Below are positions 1-12,829 of a DNA stretch of 64,000 nt, piece after piece. The stretch lies in contig NC_057718.1 of NCBI RefSeq assembly GCF_004010195.1, positions 95,916,354-95,980,353 of the forward strand, read 5' to 3'. The first letter of the stretch is position 1, and every line of letters starts with the position of its first letter. A program made the position numbers and the translations under genes. The notes under the pieces are model-generated. The model ran no database searches, had not been told where the DNA came from, and saw nothing but the letters and a program-made list of their open reading frames with translations. The DNA is from Chiloscyllium plagiosum. Taxonomy: Eukaryota.

Positions 1-222
1 ACCTGAGAGGCAAAGTTTTACATAGAGAGTGGTACACTTGTGGAATGAGCTGCCAGAGGAAATGGTTGGGGCAGCTACTTTCACAATATTTCAAAGGCAT
101 TTGGACAAATACACGGAAAGGCAAGGATTAGAAAGAGATGGGCCAAGTGCAGGGGAATGGGGTTAGCATGGGTGGACATTTTGGGCCAAAAGATCTGTCT
201 TTGTGCTGTAGGACTCTATGAC
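1..222 (+). mobile_element. CR1/HER1-like LINE 3' fragment
   Basis: Degenerate 'F.QRVV..WNELPEE' coding end and a 'tgctgtaggactctatgac' tail shared with other CR1 copies in the window. Confidence 0.85.
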
Positions 223-649
223 ACTTTTATTCCAACCCATTTGTGATAACGTCCATTAATATTTCTTAATTTCTCCTTCTACCTTTGCAGTGTGCTACAG
301 TGCATCACTTGGGAATGCTGAATTGCTGTGATAGCACACACAATGCAGTCTGGAGTTAAGGTTACTAATGTGGAGGCTCCAATATTCTGTCCTTTGCATA
401 ACTGAGTAGGGATCTCTCCTGTTGTTACCACTTACTGCGTGTACAAGGATTTACATGTTGGTACAGAAACCTTTCCACCACATTATGATCGTACCTTCCT
501 TAGTGACCAAGTCCTGGAGTGGGACTTGAACCCAGAGCATTTGGCTCAGAGGCAGAAATGCTGCCCACTGTGCCATAAGACCATCTTGTATTTTTGCACG
601 AGCAAACTGCCTTTGTTCCTAATGTGTAAGCGTTGAAGAAAATAAAGCT

Positions 650-975
650 GATTTGTTTTGATTGTCTCCAAGGTCAATTACCTCATACTGCCTCACATTG
701 ATCTCCATCATCCATCGAAAGTTCAAGGGCTCCAGACATCTGGGAGTTACCTCACTAGTAGTTTGTGCTCAAGTCATAAGACATTCTTACTTGGAATGAT
801 GCCATTGTTCCTTCATTGTTGTTGGATCAGAACCTGGAGTTCCCTCAAAAGCTGTAGAGTACGTTAACCTTGTTGACTTCAGTGATTCAAGAAAATGACA
901 CTTGACCATTTTCTCAAGGGGGATTAGGGATGGGCAATTAATGCTGACCCAACCAATGATACCCCACATCATAAA
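650..975 (+). mobile_element. 3' fragment of the single-ORF CR1-group LINE (same family as 15031-17985)
   Basis: Ends in ttagggatgggcaattaatgctgacccaaccaatgatacccc, homologous to the LINE tail at 15031-15140; an inverted tail fragment follows at ~985-1110. Confidence 0.7.
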
Positions 976-1289
976 AAATTATTTTTGTTTGTTCAATTCA
1001 TGGGGTGTGGGTTTTTCTCACTGGGCCAGTATTTATTACTTGTGTCTGTTAGCCCTTGGGAAGGTGGTCGTGAGCTGCCTACTTGAACTTCGGTGGTTCA
1101 GTCATAAACACTGTCAGGGAGACCTTTTTCAATGAGTTGCATTGTGAGAGGGATTGGAGACAAGGTGGAGTAGAGTTGCAAGTCCATGCACATGTGGTTT
1201 AAGAAATGTAGGCTTCTTTGGTCCCACTGTAGATCACCAAGTTGGAAATGGTAGATCATCTTGAAACCAATACCACTGAAATAAATCTC

Positions 1290-2070
1290 TTGGTATCAGT
1301 GTGTACCTGCACTTCCATAATTGAATTGCAGAAAGGTGCTGTGTGCAATGAGACCTGGGTGTTCTTGTGCATCAGTCGCTGAAGGTAGGTGTGCAAGTGC
1401 AGCAAGCAGTAAAGAAGGCAAACAATGTGTTGGCCTTCATTGCATGAGGTTTCGAGTACAGGATCAGGAATGTGTTGTTGCAGTTAGACAGGGTCTTGGT
1501 GAGGCCACCCTGAGATTATTGTGTGCAGTTTTGGTCTCCTTTTCTGAGGAAGGATGTTCTTGCTCTCGAGGAAGTGCAGCGAAGGTTTCCCAGGCTGGTT
1601 CGACGGATGGCGGGACTGACACATGAGGAGAGCTGGACTAGGTTAGGATTGTTTTCACTGGAGTTCAGACAAATGAAGGGGGACTCTCATAGAGACTAAC
1701 AAAATGCTAACTGGACTAGAAAGGGTAGATGCAGGGAGGATGTTCCTGGTGGTGGGTGTGTCCAGAACCAGGGGTCACAGTCTGAGGATTGAGGGTGGAC
1801 CATTTGGGACGGAGATGAGGAGACATCGCTTCACCCACAGAGTGGTGAGCCTGTAGAATTCATTACCACAGGAAATTGTTGATTCCAAAACATGGAATGT
1901 GTTCAAGGGGCAGCTAGATGTAGCAGTTGGGGCATTTGTGATCAAAGGTTATGGGGGGAAAGCAGGATGAGGCGACTGAGTTGGACAATCAGCCATGATC
2001 ATGATGAATGTAGGAGGTTACTGACAGGGCCAACTGGCCTCCTCTTGCTCCTATCTTCTGTGTTCGCATG
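1290..2070 (+). mobile_element. CR1 LINE ORF2 C-terminal and 3' UTR fragment
   Basis: Degenerate DLGVLVHQSLKV..QVQQAVKKA, LVRPP..Y.VQFWSP and FTHRVVSL motifs with frameshifts. Confidence 0.85.
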
Positions 2071-2159
2071 TTTGGTCCAGCAGAGAATTGTGCACTTGTT
2101 CATCAAACCCAACACTAAGAGGAAGTTTCAAATGGTAACCTGAATCAAGCCAAAGTAAC

Positions 2160-2297
2160 AACAGAAGGTGCTAGAGAAACTTAATCAGAAACTTTCCGAA
2201 GAATATCCATCTTGAACTGATTGTTTATTCTGTTTTTCTCTCTCCCCAGATGTTGCCAGACCTGCTGAGTTTCTCCAGCATTTTCTGTTTCTGTTTC
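2160..2297. mobile_element. Old, degenerate Penelope-derived inverted-repeat element (family C)
   Basis: cagatgttgccagacctgctgagtttctccagcattttctgtt tail with a partial inverted copy at 2160-2180. Confidence 0.55.
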
Positions 2298-2340
2298 ATT
2301 AACCCAGCATCCATTGTATGTTGTTTTCATCTGATGTGAG

Positions 2341-2555
2341 CTGAAAATGTGTTGCTGGAAAAGCGCAGCAGGTCAGGCAGCATCCAAGGAGGAGAATCGA
2401 CGTTTCTGGCATGAGCCCTTCTTCAGGAATCATGAAGAAGGGCTTATGCCCGAAATGTCGATTCTCCTCCTTGGATGCTGCCTGACCTGCTGCGCTTTTC
2501 CAGCAACACATTTTCAGCTCTGATCTCCAGCATCTGCAGTCCTCACTTTCTCCTC
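2341..2555 (+). mobile_element. Penelope-derived fold-back mini-element, family A, with hammerhead cores
   Basis: Inverted repeat centred ~2428; 13-bp TSD catctgatgtgag at 2328-2340 and 2556-2568; minus-strand core CTGAAGA-A-GGGCTCATGCCA-GAAACGTC. Confidence 0.9.
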
Positions 2556-2859
2556 CATCTGATGTGAGTTCATTGGCTGAGTTCCTAAATATTGGTCAAA
2601 TATATATTTCTTTTTGAAATGTGTAAAGATAACTCAGAGCATCCTCAATTTTCAAACAGGATGTGGCATTGCTGGTAAGATTTATTGCCTCCTTCCTAAT
2701 TTCTCAAAGGGCTGTTAAGTCAAGCACATTGCTATCGATCTCGAGTCACATGGTGGTGAGTAGATTTCTTTTGTTAAAGGGCATTAGGGAACCAGATGGG
2801 TATGTACAGCAGCCCCCTTTAAGCCTGCTCTCTATTCCAGATGTTATAAAGTCATGCCC

Positions 2860-3410
2860 AGCAACAAACCATTGGCCCCAACGCGCCCATGCTGACCTGG
2901 TTTCCTGAAGTGAATTAGTCTCGTTTGCCTGTGTTTGGCCCATTATCGCTTTAAATCTTTCCTATCCATGGACCTGTCCAAATGTCTTTGAAATATTACC
3001 ATTGTACGCACTTCTATTACTTCCTCTGGCAGTTCATTCCATATAGGCGCCACCCTCCATGTGAAAAAGATGCCCCTCAGGTCCCTTTTAAATCTTTTCC
3101 CCTCTCGCCTTAAACCTATACCTCTAGTTTTGGCCTCCCCTACCCTTGGGAAAAGACCTTGCCTGTTCCCTTTACCTATGCCCCTCATGATTGTATAAAC
3201 CTCTATAAAGTCACCCCACAGTCTCCTACGCTCCAGAGAAAAAAGTCCTAGCCTATCCAGCCTCTCATTATAACTCAAACATTCCAGTCTCATTGACATC
3301 CTTGTAAATCTTCTTTGCACCCTTTCCAGTTTAATAACATCCTTCCGGTAGAAAGCTGACCAGAATTGTATGCGGTAGTCCAAATGTGTCCATTACCAAT
3401 GTCTTGTACA
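2860..3410 (-). mobile_element. CR1 LINE 3' fragment (RT C-terminus)
   Basis: ORF 2943-3383: QFWSAFYRKDVIKLERVQRRFTRM...LGLFSLERRRLWGD...WNELPEEV. Confidence 0.92.
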
Positions 3411-3527
3411 GCACATTAGTTCACATTTTGGTGAACTCGAATATCCTCCATTGTGAGATTTCAAACTCAAATGCCCAGACTTCAGCCTCGGGTTCTGGAT
3501 TGCTCAATCAGTGATGTTACCATTACA

Positions 3528-3885
3528 GGCAGGTGATGGCATTGTGGTATTATCGCTAGACTTTTAATCCAGAGACCCAGGTGATGTTTTGTGGACCCAG
3601 GTTTGAATCCTATCATGGCAGATGGTGGAATTTGAGTGCAAATAAAAATCTGGAATTAAGAATATAATGATGACCATAAACCCATTGCTGATTGTCGGAA
3701 AAATCCATCTGGTTCACTAATTTCCTTTAGGGAAGAAAATTGCCATCCTTACCTGGTCTGGCCTACATGTGACTCCAGACCCACAGCAATATGGTTCACT
3801 CTTAACTGCCCTCTGGGAAATTAGGAATGGGCTTTAAGTGTTGGCCTAGCCAGAAATGCCCACATCCTGTAAATGAACAATGAAT
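3528..3885 (+). mobile_element. tRNA-derived SINE, family B
   Basis: A-box-like gtggtatt, B-box-like ggtttgaatcc, body ccatctggttcactaa...cctacatgtgactccagacccacagcaat and LINE-type tail. Confidence 0.85.
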
Positions 3886-5555
3886 GCTGCCATTTTCTTC
3901 CAATGTCCTGCTATTATTTATCACCATCAAGGTATCTGACCACACCTGACTGACAACATTGGTGTTTTTCTTTTAAGTCAAATTGCCAATTAAAATATCC
4001 TTTGTGGTTCAGTGTGTGCAATTTGATCTTCTTTGGTTGAATCCTGGTCTGCATCTGAGTCTTTAGCGTTCCACAACATCAATACTGTTTGTGGTCTTGG
4101 GAATGTCTCTCCCCTCCAATGAATTTGGCGGGATGGAGAACGTATGTTTCAGACATGCTGCTGGTCTCCTGCTGTGTAACTTTGGGTGAATGATAGGGCT
4201 GTTGGGGGGGAATTTACCTCAGTGGTTGCCTTGTGTGATTATAACTCCAGCTTGTAGTGACTGGGATCAAACCTGAACATTGGCTTCATGAGTAAACAAT
4301 TTCTGAAGCCAATAACCAAAAATATTCAAAGTCCAAGTGCACTGCTCCACTTACTGGGAAATGTTACTGTCTGGATTTGGCAAGCTGGTAATCATTCAGG
4401 TTATCCACTTATGACCAACAGCAACTTGGAATGATGGTGTTGGTAAACATTCCCAGGCAATTTGTGATAATGTAGGAAAGTATTAAAAGTTCCTTGCGTA
4501 ACTGTAATACCTTCTCTGCTTTTTAATACTTGCTTAAAATATCAATATTCTATAAGCTTTATCTAGATATAGGTTTTACTGAATAAATATTTGAGCCTCT
4601 CAGATAAGCTATCAGCTAACTGTGACCTCAGTGGCCATATGCCAATGTTCGGCTAGATGGGTGGAACCTGCAGAGCACAGGGACTGCTGCTTTGCCATCC
4701 TGCTGTCATGTGCAGCCTGACATGGGCACTGTATAAAATGAACTCAAAAGTCTGGCCTAAGCTAGTCTCAAGATATGAAGAACCCAGATTGGCCGTGGGA
4801 ACAGCGTTGGAGACATCAGTCCAAAGGAGATGGTGTTTTCCTGAGAGGAATCCAAAGAATGTGGAGATTAGACTAATTGACCAGGAGGAACCACGAGGAA
4901 GAGATCTTCAGAAGACTTTCTGAATAAAGCAAATGGAAGGCTTACCCAAAGTGAAGCAAGATAGAGCATGCTCCAAACAGACAATATATCCATGCCAACC
5001 AAGATGTCTTTGGCTTTCTGAAGGCCGTTGATGGTGTTGAAGTAACTGGAACAAGTAATTGAACTTGTAGAAGATGGCTTTCCACATGTACAGAACAGCC
5101 TTTGGTCTCCATTTGTAGCAGCGACCATCTTGGAAGTGGAAGTCAACGTTGCAATTGGTATGCCGATGCCTATTGCCATGGAGAGGTTGTGTGTGTGTGC
5201 AGCTTAGAGGGAATGTGATAGTGATGCCACTTTCCACGACTGACAGTGTTAATGGAGGAACACTCTGGGTGTCTGTGGAGGATGTGAACTTGCAGCTTCA
5301 GCGTTCACAATGATCTTTCAACTGGCAGCAAGTGTGTGTCCGATGTGATTGGTCAAAATGACAGCATTCAAGAAACTAAAGTGGAAGGAAAATACTTCAG
5401 CAATATAGAAGCATGAAATTAATGTTCTGCTTTTGTATGTGAGCCCAGAAAGTTCTCTGCCTTCAACTAATGACCTAGACACAGTGTTAGCAATAGCAGC
5501 AGTTGATGAAATTTGGTTTGTCTTGTCTGTTCGTCTGGAATATTTTGCAGTATCT

Positions 5556-5890
5556 GGGGCGGCACGGTGGCTCAGTGGTTAGCACTGCTGCCTCACAGCA
5601 CCAGGGACCTGGGTTTGATCGCACCCTCGGGTGACTGTGTGGGGTTTGCACATTCCCCCCGTGTCTGCATGGGTTTCCTTCGGGTGCTCTGGTTTCCTCC
5701 ACCAGTCCAAAGATTAGGTTAGGTGAATTGGCCATACTAAATTGCTCCATTGAGTTCAGGGATGTGTAGGTAAGGTGCTTTACATTTATTCCTGACTAGG
5801 GGAATGGGTCTGGGTGGGTTAGTCTTCGGAGGGTGGGTGTGAACTTGTTGGGCTGAAGGACCTGTTTCCACACTGTAGGGATTCTATTCT
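5556..5890 (+). mobile_element. HE1-type V-SINE
   Basis: ggcggcacggtggctcagtggttagcactgctgcctcacagc tRNA head, V-domain ggtttgcacattc...ggtttcctcc, CR1-derived tail. Confidence 0.93.
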
Positions 5891-6139
5891 ACCCACTGAT
5901 CAGTCTCAGCACTCCAACTGCTAAACTTTCAGTGTTGCCAGCAGTTTTTGAGGAGATTTTCATCGATCATACGCAGACCTTGTGCAAGTTTTTTGATTAA
6001 GTAAATTCTCACTTTGCAATCTTCCTGATCATTCGCTCTTGTCTCCATCTTAAACTTGAGAATACGATGCATCAACTGCAAGATGTCACTGCCCCCATCC
6101 TGCAGTTGATTGGTGATGCTCCTCAGCAGTTCTTCAATG

Positions 6140-6363
6140 CCAACAGATTCAAGAACAGCTTCTACTCGCTGTTATCAGACTTCTGAACATACCTCTCATA
6201 TATTAGAGTTGATCTTTCTATGCACCTTCTCTGTAGCTTTAACACTATATTATGTTCTACTAGCCTGATTTACTTATGTAAGGTATGATTTGTCTGGATA
6301 GCACACAAAACAATACTCTTCACTGTATCTCAGTACGTGTGACTGTAAGAAATCAAATCAAAT
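6140..6363 (+). mobile_element. Rex1/Babar LINE 3' fragment
   Basis: RFKNSFY..VIRLLN-like end followed by a 3' UTR ending in (aaatc)n; homologous to 24160-24770 and 50580-50985. Confidence 0.75.
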
Positions 6364-6712
6364 GTTGCAACTTCACCATTCACCAGTCTCTTATTGTCAG
6401 ATCTTCTCTTTAACAGAATGTGTGGTGAAAGAGATTAAGCTGATGGGTGTCCTGTCAAGTGGAAGTGGTACCCATCTATGAGCGCTGACCTGTCTTCATC
6501 CTCCCAATGGCCACTGGTCCTTTCAGTGCTATGAGCTTGCGTATACTGTCACCAATGCTATTTCTTTCATTTCAGCTGCTATAAGTAGGATTTCAGGGAT
6601 GTCTTCAGGACAACACCCTCCCGCATCATTTTGAATGACCAGAAGGGTTAAGGAGGATCCTGAGATTGTGGGATCGCTTGAATCTATGCGCAATAGACTT
6701 TGGCAGAGCAGG

Positions 6713-6990
6713 GACGCATGTAATGCTAATCTGAAAAGCCTATCTTCTCTGTTGAAATAATTACACAGCTTGAGTCAAATCCTGGAGGGTTTAGGTTCCA
6801 GTTAGGCCTTATCTACAGCTTGGTTTTCAGCATCTCATCCGAATGCTCAGCACTCACTGATCAATGGGGTTTCAAATGGCTATAGTCAGGAATCCATCAG
6901 CACGGGGGTGGGTCAAGGTGGGTTTTATTTTTGGGAATGGAAGGCATTCCTGGGGTAAGGAAGGCTTAAAGTTTACTTGTAGAGCCAGGA
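6713..6990 (+). repeat. Copy 1 of an old local duplication (copy 2 at ~8452-9335)
   Basis: Colinear blocks such as tgagtcaaatcctgga..tttaggttccagttaggccttatct and ttcaaatggcta.agtcaggaatccat occur in both places. Confidence 0.85.
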
Positions 6991-7664
6991 GGTGAGGCTG
7001 GCGATGCACTCAGCTAAGTGGGAGTGCTCTCCAGGTGAATGTTACAATCAATAATGTAAAGAAAATGCCTTTCGTCAATAATGTTAGGAAATGAGAAAGA
7101 ACTAGGGAGAGATACAGAGATAAGGTATGAGCCTCTGAGGCAAGATGGGATGCGCCTGTGCTCTCAGTTGACATGCTAGTACTCTGCTAGAAGTTTGGAA
7201 TGTGCACAGTGAAAAGCATGCTATTTTGTAGTCTTGCCATCATATATAATTTTTATTAATGTTGTTTAAAAGTAACTCTGAAGTCTAACCTGAGTTTGTC
7301 TAAGGATCCAAGAATAGTTAGAACCAGGGAACATAGCTTAAGGACAAGGGATAAAACTTTTAGAACTGAGATGAGGAGAAATTTCTTCACCTGGAGATTG
7401 GTGCGCATGTTGAATTCACTATTATCACAGAAAGTGGCGAGACCAAATCATTGAGTTTTCAAGACGGAGGTATATATAGCTCTTGTGGCTAAAGAGACCA
7501 AGGGATTAGGGTATTGAATTTGATGATCAGTCATCATCATATTGAATGGCAGAGCAACGTCTATGTTTCTATGTGAACCGAGTGGACCACATTGAGTCTT
7601 TGTTTAACCCGATGCTATCTCATGTTTGAAAATGTAATCCAGGCTGTTGTTAGATATTGACTTG

Positions 7665-7895
7665 TCATCATCATTGGCGGTCCCTCTCAGATGAGAATGA
7701 CTCTCTTCCACTCTCAGGGTGAGTCTGTAGGTATCTGTACAATCCGATGCAGCTACCTCAGGCTCTATTACACATGGGGCAGAAGGTGGTCACGGGAAGG
7801 GGTGGGTGGGGTGGGTGGGTGTGGCAGCACGCTCCTTTCCCTGTTTATGCTTGGTTTCCACTTTTTCCCAAAGGCAAGTCTCGAGCCCATCCACT
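7665..7895 (-). mobile_element. RTE-clade LINE 3' fragment
   Basis: Minus strand encodes ERAATPTHP...TTFCPMCNRA*GSCIGLYRYLQTH, resembling the RTE C-terminal C2H2-like motif; short (atg)n tail. Confidence 0.7.
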
Positions 7896-8104
7896 GAACA
7901 CAAAAAAATAGATCTGAGGATGAGAAGTAGGCCATTCAGCCCTTCACACCTGCCCTGCCACTCAATAAGCTCATGGCTGATCTGCTTTAGTTCTCAAATC
8001 TACTTTTGTGTCTGCGCTCTGTAACCCCTGAATCGCTTATCATTCAAAAATCTAGCTCAGCCTTAAATAAATTCAATGGTCCAGGCTGCACAGTTTATGG
8101 GGAA

Positions 8105-8326
8105 GGGAATGCCACAGAATAATGAAACTCTGAGAGAAAAGAAAATTCTTCCCATCGCTCTCTTGAAACATAGAAAATGTTGGGCGGCACGGTGGCACAG
8201 TGGTTAGCACTGTTGCCTCGCAGCGCCAGAGACCCGGGTTCAATTCCCGACGGGAATGCCACAGAATAATGAAACTCTGAGAGAAAAGAAAATTCTTCCC
8301 ATCGCTCCCTTGAAACATAGAAAATG
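8105..8326 (+). repeat. 75-bp direct duplication enclosing a 72-bp HE1 SINE tRNA head
   Basis: 8105-8179 matches 8252-8326 (1 mismatch); insert 8180-8251 = tgggcggcacggtggcacagtggttagc...gggttcaattcccg. Confidence 0.92.
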
Positions 8327-8713
8327 AGAACTTTTATTCTTACACTGTGTCCCCAGTTCTATAGAGAATGCTATATAAATTGAGGTGTAGTACTGAGTGA
8401 CTTCTATGTGCTGTGAGTAGACTTATTCTCTAATACCGTCATGTTCAGTATGGACATGTAATGTCAATTTGAAACACTGATCTCCTCTGTTGAAATTATA
8501 TATCAAACCATAAAAAAGACTTTGATCTTCAATCTTCACCTTCCTCTCATTTTCTTCACTTGATGATCCCTGTCACGAGGAGTGTGATTGTAATGGAAGA
8601 CAGGATTGGTGAGGGTTAAGCTTTCATCTGCAGATGTGAAACCTGCTTGGCACAGCGTGAGTCAAATCCTGGAAGATTTAGGTTCCAGTTAGGCCTTATC
8701 TCGGCTTTATCTT

Positions 8714-9062
8714 TGGGTGGCATGGTGGCTCAGTGGTTAGCACTGCTGCCTCACAGCGCCAGGGACCCAGGTCAATTCCAGCCTTGGGCGACTGTCTGTG
8801 TGGAGTTTGCACATTCTCCCCATGTCTGCGTGGGTTCCCTACAGGTGCTCTGGTTTCCTCCCACAATCCAAAAGATGTGCAGGCCAGGTGGATTGGCCAT
8901 GGTGAATTGACCAGTGTTCAGGGATGTGTAGGTTAGGTGCATTAGTTACGGGAAATGTAGAGTAATAGGGGAGGGGAGTGGGTCTGGGTGGGTTACTCTT
9001 TGCAGGGTCAGTGTGGACTTGTTGGGCCGACTGGCCTGTTTCCATACTGTAGCGATTCTGTG
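8714..9062 (+). mobile_element. HE1-type V-SINE
   Basis: Full head, V-domain and tail; inserted into duplication copy 2. Confidence 0.93.
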
Positions 9063-9719
9063 ATTATCATCCAAATACTAAGCACTTGCTGATTTTCAAA
9101 TGGCTACAGTCAGGAATCCATAAACATGGGGATGGGGCAAGATGGGCTTTGTTCTAAGAGCATAAGAACTAGGAGCAGGAGTAGGCCATGGCCCCTCGAG
9201 TCTGCTCTGCCATTCAATAAGATTATGGCTGATCTTTTCATGGACTCAGCTCCACTTACCCGCCTTCTCACTATAACCGTTCAGGAATGAAAAGAATTTG
9301 TGGGGTAGGGGAGGCTTAAAATTCACTTATAGAGCTCAGAGATGAAGGAATGTTTTTACTAGCCCAAATTGAAAGCTTAGAAAAAATATGAATTTAATGT
9401 TCTGGGTCTCCAGGCACCTTTTTCCATCATCTGAGAACACCATGGTTCTCTCTGAGAGGTTAAAATTGCACTGGCTCCCACCAGTGTCAGCGCAGCTCCA
9501 TTGACATATTGAAAGCTGAACCCTGTTGTATGAGGTGATGCCATTTGGATTCATCAGGAAGCCAGCTTTGGATCTCGGAGCAGTAAGGTCTAACAAAAGA
9601 ACAAAGAGCACAGAAAATATACAGCCCAGGAACAGGCCCTTCGGCCCTCCAAGCCTGAGCCGATCCAAATGTACTGTCTCAACCTGTCGGTCAATTCCTA
9701 AGCATCTGTATCTCTCTGC

Positions 9720-12700
9720 TGCCCAACTACTCATGCATCTGTCCAGACGCATCTTAAATGAATGTACCGTGCCTGCCTCTACCACCTCTGCTGGCAACGC
9801 GTTCCAAATGCCCACCACCCTCTGTGTGAAGTACTTGCTGCGTATATCCCCCTTAAACTTTCCACCTCTCACCTTGAAAGCGTGACCTCTCGTTATTGAA
9901 TCCTTCACCCTGGGAAAAAGCTTGTCTCTATCCACCCGGTCTATACCCTTCATGATTTTCTAAACCTCAATCAGGTCCCCCCTCAATCTCCTTTTTCCTA
10001 ATGAAAATAAATCTAACCTACTCAACCTCTCTTCATAGCTCGCACCTTCCATACCAGGCAACATCCTCGTAAACCTTCTCTGCAACNNNNNNNNNNNNNN
10101 NNNNNNNNNNNNNNNNNNNNNNNNNNNNNNNNNNNNNNNNNNNNNNNNNNNNNNNNNNNNNNNNNNNNNNNNNNNNNNNNNNNNNNNNNNNNNNNNNNNN
10201 NNNNNNNNNNNNNNNNNNNNNNNNNNNNNNNNNNNNNNNNNNNNNNNNNNNNNNNNNNNNNNNNNNNNNNNNNNNNNNNNNNNNNNNNNNNNNNNNNNNN
10301 NNNNNNNNNNNNNNNNNNNNNNNNNNNNNNNNNNNNNNNNNNNNNNNNNNNNNNNNNNNNNNNNNNNNNNNNNNNNNNNNNNNNNNNNNNNNNNNNNNNN
10401 NNNNNNNNNNNNNNNNNNNNNNNNNNNNNNNNNNNNNNNNNNNNNNNNNNNNNNNNNNNNNNNNNNNNNNNNNNNNNNNNNNNNNNNNNNNNNNNNNNNN
10501 NNNNNNNNNNNNNNNNNNNNNNNNNNNNNNNNNNNNNNNNNNNNNNNNNNNNNNNNNNNNNNNNNNNNNNNNNNNNNNNNNNNNNNNNNNNNNNNNNNNN
10601 NNNNNNNNNNNNNNNNNNNNNNNNNNNNNNNNNNNNNNNNNNNNNNNNNNNNNNNNNNNNNNNNNNNNNNNNNNNNNNNNNNNNNNNNNNNNNNNNNNNN
10701 NNNNNNNNNNNNNNNNNNNNNNNNNNNNNNNNNNNNNNNNNNNNNNNNNNNNNNNNNNNNNNNNNNNNNNNNNNNNNNNNNNNNNNNNNNNNNNNNNNNN
10801 NNNNNNNNNNNNNNNNNNNNNNNNNNNNNNNNNNNNNNNNNNNNNNNNNNNNNNNNNNNNNNNNNNNNNNNNNNNNNNNNNNNNNNNNNNNNNNNNNNNN
10901 NNNNNNNNNNNNNNNNNNNNNNNNNNNNNNNNNNNNNNNNNNNNNNNNNNNNNNNNNNNNNNNNNNNNNNNNNNNNNNNNNNNNNNNNNNNNNNNNNNNN
11001 NNNNNNNNNNNNNNNNNNNNNNNNNNNNNNNNNNNNACACCACTGGTCACCTTTCTCCATTTTGAGAAACTCCCTTCAACTACTACTCTCTGTCTCCTGT
11101 TGCTCAACCAGTTCTTTATCCACCTAGCTAGAACACCCTGCACATGTGACTTCACTTTGTCCATTAGTCTACAATGGGGAACCTTATCAAACACCTTACT
11201 AAAGTCCACGTATATGACATCAACAGCCCATCCTTCATCTATCAACTTGGTCACTTCCTCAAAGAACTCTATTAAGTTGGTAAGGCATGATCTCCCCTGC
11301 ACAAAACCATGTTGCCTATCACTGATAAGGCCATTCTTTTCTAAATCTAAATAGATCCTATCCCTCAGTACCTTCTCCAGCAACTTTCCCACCACTGACA
11401 ACAGGCTCACTGGTCTGTAGTTACCTGGAATATCCCTACTACCCTTCTTGTACAGGGGGACAACATGAGCAACCTTCCAGTCTCCTGGGGATTTGTCCAC
11501 CTTAATAACCTCTAGCCTACCCAACACATCTTCCCTACTTATGTCAACGTGATCCAGACTAATCAAACTTCTATCTCTAACCTCAAGATTCATCATGTTC
11601 CTCTTCTCAGTGAACACTGATGCAAAGTAATCATTCAGAATCTCACCCATTCTCTTAGGTTCGACACACGGCATTCCATTGTTATTCTTTAGTGGACCAA
11701 TCCTTTCTCTAGTTACCCACTTGCTTCTTGTATAAGAATAAAGTGCTTTGGGATTCTTCTTAATTCTGCTCGCTAAAGCTATTTCATGACCCCTTTTAGC
11801 CCCCTTGATTCTTCGTTTAAGACTTGTCCGACCCTTCTGATATTCCTCGGGGTCTGTTCTGTTCTTAGTTGCCTGGACCTTATGTATGCTTCCCTTTTCC
11901 TCCTGGCTATTTGTACAATTTCTCCTGTCATCCATGGTTCACGAATCTTGCCTTTCCTATCCTTTGCCTTCAACGGGACGTGCCTATCCTGCACTGCCGT
12001 TAACCTATCTTTGAAAGCCTCCCACATCTCAAATGTGGACTTCCCTTCAAATAGCTGTGTCCAATCCACATTTCCCAGCTCCTGCTTAATTTTGATATAA
12101 TTGGCCTTGGCCCAGTTTAGTACTCTTCCCTGAGGACCGTTCTCTTCTTTATCTACAAGTATTCTAAAATTTACAGAGTTGTGGTCACTGTTCCCAGAGA
12201 AATCCCCCACCACAACTTCTACCAACTGTCCTGGCTCGTTCCCCAGTACCAGGTCCAATATGGCCCCTTTCCTCATCGGACTGTTGACATACTGCTCGAG
12301 AAAACTCTCCTGGACGCTTCTTACAAATTCTACCCCATCCAGACCTCTGACGCTATGTGTATCCCAGTCGATGTTGGGAAAATTAAAATCTCTCATCACC
12401 ACTACCCTATTGCCTCTACATCTTTCTATAATCTATTTACCTATTTGTTCTTCTACCTCACACTCACTGTTGGGAGGCCTGTAATACAGCCCCAACAATG
12501 TAACTGCACCCTTCTTATTTCTCAGCTCCACCCATAATGCCTCACTACCCAAGACCACCATGGTGTGCTCCTTTAGCACAACCATGATATCGTCCCTGAC
12601 CAGCAATGCAACTCCTCCCCCCCCCTTTTTATTTCCCTCCCTGTCCTGTCTGAAGCATCTGTATCCTGGAACATTTAGTTGCCAATCATCACGCCCTTCC

Positions 12701-12812
12701 TTCAACTAAGTCTCTGTGATTGCAATAATGTCATACTCCCAGGCACTAACCCAAGCCCTAAGTTCATCTGCCTTACACACTATACTCCTTGCATTAAAGT
12801 AGATGCATTTCA
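9720..12812 (-). pseudogene. CR1 ORF2, apurinic endonuclease plus reverse transcriptase (disrupted)
   Basis: LKCIYFNARSI, PGYRCFRQDREG.K.GGGGVALLV, YYRPPNS, DFNFPNIDW, LDLVLGN, SDHN, NYRPVSLLSVVGKLLE, QHGFVQGRSCLTNL, VDVIYVDFSKVFDKVPH, FTQRVVGIWNALP. Confidence 0.95.
10087..11036. other. Assembly gap (950 N) inside the CR1 RT domain
   Basis: Run of N. Confidence 1.
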
Positions 12813-12829
12813 GGCCACCAGTTCTTTTG

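Noticed and set aside
2341..2555. Fold-back elements as DNA-transposon MITEs, miRNA genes or CRISPR repeats
   Set aside because: Arms are unequal, TSDs vary from 10 to 17 bp, the tail matches a Penelope 3' end, and there is no repeat-spacer array; eukaryotic context
4650..5360. Overlapping 88-109 aa ORFs in unique-looking sequence
   Set aside because: No identifiable family or splice structure; possibly a decayed transposon
8180..8251. tRNA gene
   Set aside because: Identical in type to HE1 SINE heads; the acceptor-stem 3' end and a terminator are missing
9960..11060. Long ORFs of 336-637 aa in the ORF track
   Set aside because: Length is an artefact of the N run; the real parts are CR1 RT
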